Source: Eledone cirrhosa (Eukaryota). From it: 64,000 bases of DNA. Below are positions 53,946-64,000 of this stretch, piece after piece. Made by a program: the position numbers and the translations under genes. Position 1 is the stretch's first letter. Each line of letters starts with the position of its first letter. The stretch covers positions 6,882,001 to 6,946,000 of the forward strand of contig OZ024750.1 of assembly GCA_964016885.1 (NCBI GenBank), given 5' to 3'. A model generated the notes under the pieces. That model searched no databases. It saw only the letters and a program-made list of their open reading frames with translations, and was not told where the DNA came from.

Positions 53946-55014
53946 GTAAGTAGCAAATTGTTTCATTTATTTCAAATTTTTTGTGCGAAAATTACATTGT
54001 TTTGAGAAATGTTTATTATTTTTCTCAGGCTAAAAAAACAAGAACTACAGTTTACAGCTAAAGACAATTTTAAAGAAATATTATTGGAACATAAATGTTA
54101 ACCGGCTGTATCCAGCCAGAATTCTCATGATTTGGTATCAAAAGGATTAAAGGCAGTACCAAAATTGTCTATGGTTCTTACAGTAAAATTTTCTTGAAGT
54201 GAAAATTTATAAAAACACATTCAATCGGAGAGGTGTGGGTTCGACTCCTATGTGTGCTGATACCCTTCTTTTTCCATTCAGTGAGTTTATATGCCCCATT
54301 ATTAGACTATATATTTAGTCAAAATATTACTGCGAAGCTTCTATTTTTTTTTCAATTCTAAACTTCCCTCGTTGCGTTCTAAACATACCTCTTGTATTTA
54401 ATCCTATTTAAAATTTTATTAATCATGTTGTAGAAGAATGACGACTTTATAGAGAGAGATATTGCTGAAGTAATAGCAAGACTTGTTAATGAGGGAAGAA
54501 GCTAAATACAAGAGCAAGGTCAAGAGATTAGATGCTAAGCTAACCTAACCTCTGGAGCAAAGTCAAGGATTAATTATTGAGTGGAATTAATCAGCAGAGC
54601 AAATTGAGATGGAGCTAGTCATTGCAGGATGACAGAGATTAGATGCTAAGTGGGACTTCTAAGTAAGTTGAGGACACTTAGGGATTATTTCCTAAGTCTA
54701 ATATCTGAAGATGGTTGGTCATTCATTAATTATTTGATAGTGACAGTATTTCCTTGTTGCTGAAGAATGTTACCAAGGTTTCTAAAACACCAGAGCCATT
54801 AACTAGTAATTTCCACAGTGCTGTCTCTTCAAAGACTCTGTATCTCTGTTATAGCTGTATTGAGATGTTTATATGGTAGTACATCATGGTTCATGTTGAC
54901 ATCCATGTTGTAGCTGTGTTGAGGTGTTGTGTGTGTGTGTGTAACAGCTCACATCTATGCAGGTTTAGCTGGCCTCCAAGGTATATCTCATTGGAGGTGT
55001 CTTGGGTAATTTAA

Positions 55015-55185
55015 TGATAGGGACCCCAGTCCTATCATCTCATTTCTACAGCTGAGTAAACTGGAGCAACGTGAAACAAAGTGACTTGCTCAAGGAAACA
55101 ACACATCACCTGGTCCGAGAATTAAACTCACAATCTTTTGATTGCAAGCCCAATGCTCTAACCACTAAGCCATGCGCCTTCACAG
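55015..55185 (-). mobile_element. SINE family 2 (5' half)
   Basis: Reverse complement of 39978-40135. Confidence 0.85.
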
Positions 55186-56316
55186 ATGTTGATATGGTAG
55201 TATATTATGGTTCCTGTTGACATCTGATATCCATGTTATAGCTGTGTTGAGATGATGGGAAGCCTGTCCGTTATCAGGGTGGTGATGCTATGGAAGTATA
55301 TCATGGTTCCCTTTGACACCTTCTCAGTGCTTGTAAGTTGATATGCATGGCCTAGTGGTAAGTGTGTCAGACTTACAATCAAAATGTCATAGGTTCGATT
55401 CCTGGACAGGGTTGTGTGTTGTTTACTTTAGCAAAACACTTCTTCACATTGCTCCAGTATACTCATATCCACAGATTCATTTGTGATAATTTTACTGCAG
55501 ACTGATTTTTTAAAAAAAAGAACTTTATTATCAACAAGTGAGATGAAATAACTGCAGTCAAGAATTGAAACGAAACTGCAGAGTTTCTCTCTAAGAACAT
55601 ACTTTTACTTTAAATAAAGGGCTTCCTACTCACAGAAAACTCCTCTGTATCATTTGCACTCTCTGAGAACTTATAATTATTTTAAACAAACAAATAACAA
55701 TGCTGCAAATCTGAACTAGGTCAACACTTCAGATTCTTCTATTTGATAAGCCTGGTCTTCATAGTTTCCTAATTGAAACAGTAACATCTCTTGCCAAACT
55801 GTAGTAAATCTCTGCTGTGATATCCACAAGATTAGAGCAACCTTCCCAGCTTCATTATTTCTGCCAATCCTCAGAGATTGACACAGTTTTTTTTTTTAAA
55901 TATTCTTATCCTTATTACTTTTATTATTCTGAGAACATACAAGAGAAACTAACACTTATATAATTTCTTTTTCACTTGGGACATGGGTGAGATTTTGCGA
56001 GGAAGATTATTGTAAAAATCAGTAACTCTCTGTTGTTCCTTCTCTCTTGTAACAATCAGTAAGTCTGTGTAGTTTTAGTTCTTCATAAGTAAAGTAAAAT
56101 GATAACTTAGAATTGAAACTGAATCACTGACTCATCATGACTCAAACTGTCTCTTTTCTTGGATCAGTTACCATCAAAATATTGTAAACATGCCCCCCCC
56201 CCCCATCTCTCTCTTCTCTTGTGGAACACTTACCTTCAAAATACTATAAACATCTCTCTCTCTCTACATACATACATACATACATATATACATACATACA
56301 TACATACATACATACA

Positions 56317-56348
<32 letters not shown>

Positions 56349-56505
56349 ACCATCATCATCATTGTTTAACGTCCATCTTCCACAAGAGCATGGGTTGTCC
56401 CACTTGAGGCAAGATTGGTCGGGTGACTGTGTCTCGCTTGTACAGAACTGTTTCTGGCAGGTTTTCTACGGCTGGATGCTCTTGCTAACACCAACCACAT
56501 TTACA

Positions 56506-56576
<71 letters not shown>

Positions 56577-57547
56577 GTATATATAACTTCTCTTTTACAA
56601 CACTTACCTTCAAAATGCTATAAACATGTTCTCTCTCTTTCTAACTCTATTTCACATTTCATGATTCTATTAGTTTCTATGGTAGAGTGACTATAGTGTA
56701 TTAGTTTTGGTACACATAATTATAGCATAGCATAGTAGTGTAGTAGTGAACAATAAATTTAGTGTCAAGTCAACTTGATCTGGCAGGTCCTAAGCTAGGG
56801 TGACATTGGAAATTTATAGCTTTCAAACAATTATCATGCACAGCAGAAAATCTGTGAGAGATTTAAAGCTGTTTGGTGAGAAGGAGCATACGAAGATTAT
56901 CTTCCATGACTAACTTGATAATTGCTTCTATTAAATAATGAATATTCTTTGTAACTCTTTCTTTGTTGTAAGTATTACTGCTATAACATAGCTTAGCCAT
57001 AATGGTTGTGTATTGTAGTGTTTAAAGTAAAGCTGCAATAGTGCAATAAAAGATATTATATATGTGTCTATGTAATTTATTATAAGTGGTTAGAAACTCT
57101 CAGGAGAGCAGATAGCAGAAGGGCTTGAGAGAAGAACCCTATCCCCCTTCCCGGGCAAGTATTTCGGCCCTATATATATATATATATACAACAAAAATAT
57201 CATATACATATATATATATATGCCGTCACAGCATTAGCTTATGCCAAGCTGAAAGGTTATTGAAAAACACTGTTTTCTGTTATATAAAAACTACAATAAC
57301 AACAGAACAAATTCGCTTCTTAAAATATACACGGTAAATATATATATATATCATCACCGTTTTACATCCATTCTCCCATGCTAGCATGGGTTAGACGGGT
57401 TGTCCTGGTGTATGCAATACCAGGTCAGGTGACCATGTCTTGCTCATACAGACCTGATTCTGGCTTGATTTCTACAGCTGGATGACCTTCCTAACACCAA
57501 CCTCATTTACAATGAGTACTGGGTGCTTTTTTACCGTGACACCTAAA

Positions 57548-57580
<33 letters not shown>

Positions 57581-57589
57581 ACACACACA

Positions 57590-57669
<80 letters not shown>

Positions 57670-57773
57670 AACTGAACTTGTCCTTTCATACCCCAAGTAA
57701 GTAATTACTGATGAAGTGTTAACAATTCTGAAATACATGTCTACACCTCAGATCAAAAGTGTTTAAGGTGTGA

Positions 57774-58000
57774 CTAATACATTTTTTTTGTATATCCAGG
57801 ACAACATGTATCCACATGTCCTCTCCTCTCCTTTTTTAAGACAGGGACTGCGTAGTAAGCTTGTATTATGTAATACTGATAGTAGTAAGATACTATCCGA
57901 CTTGTTCCGGTGTGATAGAACACTCTAATAGTGTTCTCTACCATAGTACAGTCGGTAGTAGTGTAGTACATTACTAAGTTGTAAGTCAGACTTGTAAACA
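57774..58000 (-). CDS. Candidate exon encoding an EMI-like Tyr/Thr-rich, CCPGY-ending domain
   Basis: Acceptor ctttacag| at 58001; FTSLTYNLVMYYTTTDC..RIVSYYYQYYIIQAYY..DTCCPGY. Confidence 0.4.
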
Positions 58001-58148
58001 CTGTAAAGGTAGTGTTATGGTGTTATTAATGTAACATCGATGTAGGAAAAAGCTGTACTCAAGCTAAAATCTTACCAGAAAATAACAAAGTACTGGCTGT
58101 TTAAATCTCAGTGGAAACAAAGAATCTAATGTCTTAGATATACATCAG

Positions 58149-59010
58149 ATTAAAGTAACCCTCACCACCACCAACACCACCATTAAAGTAACCCTCACCA
58201 CCAACACCATTAAAGTAACCCTCACCACCACCAACACCATTAAAGTAACCCTCACCACCACCACCACCAAAGTAACCCTCACCACCACCACCACCACCAT
58301 TAAAGTAACCCTCACCACCACCAACACCATTAAAGTAACCCTCACCACCACCACCATTAAAGTAACCCTCACCACCACCAACACCATTAAAGTAACCCTC
58401 ACCACCACCAACACCATTAAAGTAACCCTCACCACCACCACCACCACCATTAAAGTAACCCTCACCACCACCAACACCATTAAAGTAACCCTCACCACCA
58501 CCACCACCACCATTAAAGTAACCCTCACCACCACCAACACCATTAAAGTAACCCTCACCACCACCAACACCATTAAAGTAACCCTCACCACCACCAACAC
58601 CATTAAAGTAACCCTCACCACCACCACCACCACCATTAAAGTAACCCTCACCACCACCAACACCATTAAAGTAACCCTCACCAACACCACCACTACCAAA
58701 ATCACCACCAATACTACCCTCATCACCACCACCAAACCAACCATCACCATCACCACCATTAAAGTAACCCTCGATACCAACGCCACCACCATCAAAACCA
58801 CCAACACTACCCTCATCACCACCATGACCAAAGCAACCTTCACCAACAACAACAGCAACACCACCATTAAAGCAACCCTCACCACTACCACCACCACCAC
58901 AACCATCTTCTCTACCACCACCCTCATCACCACCACCAACACTACCACCATGACCAAAGCAACTTCACCACTCCCACTACCACCACCTTCTTCACCACCA
59001 CCACCACCAG
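58149..59010. repeat. 27-36-bp minisatellite (attaaagtaaccctcaccaccaccaacacc) grading into (CAC)n
   Basis: About 17 copies to 58680. Confidence 0.9.
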
Positions 59011-59567
59011 AGAAGTAAATGGAAGAGAGAAGAGAATATATTTGATTAATGGTATCTTTACCATTTGTTCCAGTAGAGCAGCTAAATAATCCTCTAAATA
59101 TAGTCCTGAAATTTCTGAAGAGAGTGGTCAGGTTATTACCTTGCTGTTGTTGTTGTTGTTGTAGGTGGTGCTGGTGTTGGTGGTGTAGCTGTAGTTGGTG
59201 GTGCTGGTGTTGGTGGTGGTGTTGGTGGTGTGTTGGTGTTGTAGTTGTAGTTGGTGGTGCTGGTGTTGGTGGTGTGTTGGTGCTGTAGTTGTAGTTGGTG
59301 GTGCTGTTGTTGTTGGTGGTGCTGTAGTTGTTGTTGTTGATGGTGCTGTTGTTGTTGTAGCTGTAGTTGATAGTGCTGTTGTTGTAGCTGTAGTTGTTGG
59401 TGGTGTAGTTTTGTTGTAGTTGTTGCTGTAATAGTTGGTGCTAGTGGTGTAGTAGTAGTAGTAGTAGTTGTAGTTGTAGTAAAGTAGCAAGTTTGAAGAA
59501 GCCATCCATTCCAGAAAGTTCTGCAAATGTAACTTCTAGAAATATCAATGGACATTGACAATCAGAT

Positions 59568-60673
59568 CAATACCATATATACGGTTCTGTTGATTGTAAC
59601 CATGTCTTAATGTCTACAATACCATATATATATGGTTCTGTTGATTGTAGCCATGTCTTAATGTCTACAATACCATATATATACGGTTCTGTTGATTGTA
59701 GCCATGTCTTAATGTCTACAATACCATATATATACGGTTCTGTTGATTGTAGCCATGTCTTAATGTCTACAATACCATATATATGGTTCTGTTGATTGTA
59801 GCCATGTCTTAATGTCTACAATACCATATATATATGGTTCTGTTGATTGTAGCCATGTCTTAATGTCTACAATACCATATATATACGGTTCTGTTGATTG
59901 TAGCCATGTCTTAATGTCTACAATACCATATATATACGGTTCTGTTGATTGTAGCCATGTCTTAATGTCTACAATACCATATATATGGTTCTGTTGATTG
60001 TAGCCATGTCTTAATGTCTACAATACCATATATATATGGTTCTGTTGATTGTAGCCATGTCTTAATGTCTACAATACCATATATATATGGTTCTGTTGAT
60101 TGTAGCCATGTCTTAATGTCTACAATACCATATATATGGTTCTGTTGATTGTAGCCATGTCTTAATGTCTACAATACCATATATATATGGTTCTGTTGAT
60201 TGTAGTCATGTCTTAATGTCTACAATACCATATATATACGGTTCTGTTGATTGTAGCCATGTCTTAATGTCTACAATACCATATATATACGGTTCTGTTG
60301 ATTGTAGCCATGTCTTAATGTCTACAATACCATATATATACGGTTCTGTTGATTGTAGCCATGTCTTAATGTCTACAATACCATATATATATGGTTCTGT
60401 TGATTGTAGCCATGTCTTAATGTCTACAATACCATATATATGGTTCTGTTGATTGTAGCCATGTCTTAATGTCTACAATACCATATATATATGGTTCTGT
60501 TGATTGTAGCCATGTCTTAATGTCTACAATACCATATATATACGGTTCTGTTGATTGTAGCCATGTCTTAATGTCTACAATACCATATATATACGGTTCT
60601 GTTGATTGTAGCCATGTCTTAATGTCTACAATACCATATATATATGGTTCTGTTGATCGTAGCCATGTCTTAA
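59568..60673. repeat. 49/51-bp minisatellite (~22 copies, one more after 61205)
   Basis: Unit taccatatatatacggttctgttgattgtagccatgtcttaatgtctacaa. Confidence 0.95.
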
Positions 60674-61204
60674 CCATTTAACATTCACATTACTCTATAT
60701 ATACTATTATGTTTTCATGGTAAATGCTTTATCTCACAAACTCCTCAAATACCAGTCGCTCTCCGACAGGTTTGCGGTCGTTCCCCTGGCAGTGGAGTCT
60801 TCTGGTATCCTCGGCCCCAGGGTACTTCCTTACTCACCACCATAGGCGCTGAGATGGCCAGCCGCAGGTGTGAGCCCCGCGAGTTGGAGTGACTTTTCCA
60901 GCGCGTCTCCCTTGCCGTCCTACGGGGAAATGCCTTCTCCATTCTGTCCACTGGGGATGTGGGTGGGCCCCATCGCGTACCAATACATTAGTTAAATATC
61001 ATTCTTTCATCTGATACAACACAATAAAGACTAAAGTGTTTAAATAAAAAAAAAATTAAAAATTATCTCACATAATATCGAATCTTTGAGATTTTAAAAG
61101 TATTTATTTTGAGAATAATACCTTAACATCAGTTTGAGTGACCAGTTACAGCCAGTTTCAACAGAAAGTGGTAGAGAACTCTGGCCGGTTTGAACATTAA
61201 AGGG
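60674..61204 (+). mobile_element. piggyBac-like MITE inserted at TTAA of the satellite unit
   Basis: TTAA at 60670-60673 and 61205-61208; same family as 20943-21164. Confidence 0.85.
60740..61062 (+). mobile_element. CRE-clade LINE 3' fragment nested in the MITE
   Basis: KYQSLSDRFAVVPLAVESSGILGP..LLTTIGAEM..RELE*LFQRVSLAVLRGNAFSIL, then AATAAA and poly(A). Confidence 0.8.
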
Positions 61205-61989
61205 TTAATGTCTACAACACCATATATATGGTTCTGTTGATTGTAGCCATGTCGTAATGTCTAGAATCTTATTGTTTGTTTGCCATGGAATATTGGTGCA
61301 GGAGATGGAACTGTAATCAAATTCTTCCTCTACTAATGACGCCATTAGTTAGAACACTGGACCAAAATATAAATTAAGACATGTGAATATTTCCTCCTGT
61401 CTGTATTTCTCTATCTCTCTCTCTCTCTCTTTCTTACTCTCTCTTTCTTTCTATTTCTTTTTCTTTCTTTCTTTTTTTTTCTCTCTCTTTCTCTCTCTCT
61501 TTTCTTTCTTTCTCTCTCTCTTCTATCTTTTGCCTTATCTCTCATTATTTCTCTCTCTATTTATCTATCACCCCCCCCCCCTCTCTCGGACAAGTGGCTA
61601 AAATGGCAGACAACCAGTGGAACGGTCATTACATTTGGTCAGTTTCTGTTCTAGGCAGTGTGTTGTGTCCTTGGTCAAGATATCTAACACAGAAGTGACC
61701 ATGTCTAAATAGGTCCACTGTATTGTGTTCAGTTGATGTGTGTGGGAGAGGGGGAAGCCTCCTATGGTAGACTAGTGACCTATACATGGGAAGAACAGTC
61801 TCTCATTCAGTTAATGCTATGGAAACTGAAGATAAGCATCAGATTATTTGGATAATTAATTGATGATTCCAGAAAGAAATTAGCTTAGTATTACATTGGG
61901 TCCTGTTACGTCAATTACACCAGTTCACTGCAATAACTAATCTTGTCTGAGACATGGAAAGACATTGACTGTAATAATTCACTTTCAAT

Positions 61990-62402
61990 ACCTTTCCCCC
62001 CCTCTCTCTCTCCCTTCTCCCCTTCCTCCTCTGCCTTCTCCCCCCTCCCCTTCCCCCTCCCTCATTCCCTTCCTCCTCTGCCTTCTCCCCTCCCCCTCCC
62101 CCCTTCCCTGCCTTCTCCCCTCCCCCTCCCCGGCCTTCTCCCCTCCCCCCTCCCCCTCCCCCTCTCCTTCCGCCTCCCTCATTCCCTTCCTCCGCTCCCT
62201 TCTCCCCTTCCTCCGCTCCCTTCTCCCCTTCCTCCTCTCCCTTCTCATCTTCCTCTCCCTTCTCATCTTCCACCTCAGCCTTAATCCTCCCCCTCTCTCC
62301 TCATCTTCCTCCCCCAGCCTCGTCACTCTCTCTCTCTGCTCCTCCTTCTCTCGCTCAATGCTCCACTTTCCCCCTCTTTCATGCTCTATACTACACTCTT
62401 TC

Positions 62403-62445
<43 letters not shown>
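61990..62445. repeat. C/T-rich low-complexity tract
   Basis: Direct inspection. Confidence 0.9.
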
Positions 62446-62643
62446 ATCCTCCCCCATCTCACTATATTCCACTGAAATCATTTATCCTCTCAAATTGTTT
62501 CCGTGATAAGATTTCATTCATTGATGATGTATCATCTTTTTTTTTTATCATTCTTTTTGTTATTGTTTGTTGTTTTGTCATTGCAAGGCAATTTACAATT
62601 TATAGATTTTTCTACCACCACAACCATCATCATCACCATCACC

Positions 62644-62675
<32 letters not shown>

Positions 62676-62845
62676 CATCATCATCACCATCATCGCCATC
62701 AAGCTATTTCTTCTTCAAGAGTTGCCATGTCATCAAGGCAATGTTTCTGGTTACTGTGTTGCTGGGTAGGTTATTATGTCACCAAACAATTTCCTGTGGT
62801 TAATTGTTCTTATTGTAGATGGCACAGTGGTGGTGGTGGGGGGCT

Positions 62846-63225
62846 ACCCTCCCTCCATATAGACCCAACTGAGGGCCTACCTCTCACCCTCCCTCCATAT
62901 AGACCCAACTGAGGGCCTACCTCTCACCCTCCCTCCATATAGACCCAACTGAGGGCCTACCTCTCACCCTCCCTCCATATAGACCCAACTGAGGGCATAC
63001 CTCTCACCCGCCTCCTATATAAACCCAACTGAGGGCCTACCTCTCACCCTCCCTCCATATAGACCCAACTGAGGGCCTACCTCTCACCCTCCCTCCATAT
63101 AGACCCAACTGAGGGCCTACCTCTCACCCTCCCTCCATATAGACCCAACTGAGGGCCTACCTCTCACCCTCCCTCCATATAGACCCAACTGAGGGCCTAC
63201 CTCTCACCCGCCTCTTATATAGACC
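62846..63225. repeat. 40-bp minisatellite (~9.5 copies)
   Basis: Unit accctccctccatatagacccaactgagggcctacctctc. Confidence 0.95.
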
Positions 63226-63440
63226 TGAGGGATCCGGGCCATAAAAGTTGACAGCAAGTGGTTAATTGTTTTTATCATTAATGGGACAGTGAGGGGCCCC
63301 CCACCCACTCCATACAGACCCAACTAAGGTACCAGCCATAAAAGGTTGATGGTTTACAGTGTTTTTAGATCTTTTCAAATTGTTATCACACTAAGATTGA
63401 CTTCGTCTTTCCCCTCAAGGTGAAAATAAACACTATCTAT

Positions 63441-63539
<99 letters not shown>

Positions 63540-64000
63540 ATAAAGGGCCCTGCTATATTTCTAATTCTAATCAAACTGATATTATTGTATATATAATATA
63601 AAAATCTCATTCTAATAAAGAACCCAATTCTGTTATAACTGGTAATTACCAATATATCTATCAAGATCTGGCTAGTAAAGGCCAAATCTATTTGAGTTCT
63701 AATATTTTTATGTATTTATCTTTGTTTCTACATTGTTTTTATTTGTTTTATTTTTTATTATTATTTAAAACTGTTACTTCATCTGTAGATGGCTGGGTTG
63801 ATAAGGTACCAGGCAACCAATCAATAATTTAATGGTTCATAGCCTGAAACTGATGGTGTCTAGTCTCTGTAGTGAAGATAACTCTCAAATGACCCAGTCT
63901 ACCTAACTGTAAAGAGGTACCACAAAGTAGGAACAATTCACCTATTTAAACAACAGTATGTCTGGCCCTGTAACTCCCGAGGGAGTCATAGGGGTGCCAT

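Noticed and set aside
53946-54005. C-terminal extension of ORF 53457-54005
   Set aside because: Read-through past the GTAAGT donor into the intron.
54222-54262. tRNA-like T-arm (gtgggttcgactcc)
   Set aside because: No D arm, anticodon arm or acceptor stem; at most a decayed tRNA or SINE fragment.
57236-57262. AGCTT-atgcc-AAGCT-GAAA hammerhead-like half
   Set aside because: No CUGANGA upstream and no pairable stems I or III.

Overview
AT-rich, microsatellite-saturated eukaryotic DNA, mostly intronic or intergenic. The SINE, RTE and microsatellite landscape is typical of octopus (coleoid cephalopod) genomes; this species call is an inference. Almost all ORFs in the track are simple-repeat artefacts. 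One convincing host exon is present: + strand 53437-53945, the first coding exon of an LZTS/ProSAPiP1/N4BP3-family gene (ends [14 protein letters not shown]|GTAAGT). A possible antisense EMI-like (CCPGY) exon lies at 57774-58000. The rest is tRNA-derived SINEs, RTE and CRE LINE fragments, piggyBac-, hAT- and Tc1-like MITEs, Helitron remnants and about 15 minisatellites, several amplified from inside transposons. The most striking unannotated structure is a set of type I minimal hammerhead ribozymes: four complete cores plus several partial or variant ones. They sit in short Penelope-like/retrozyme-like elements embedded in (TA)n tracts, many of them in fold-back palindromes whose axis lies at or just 5' of the ribozyme.
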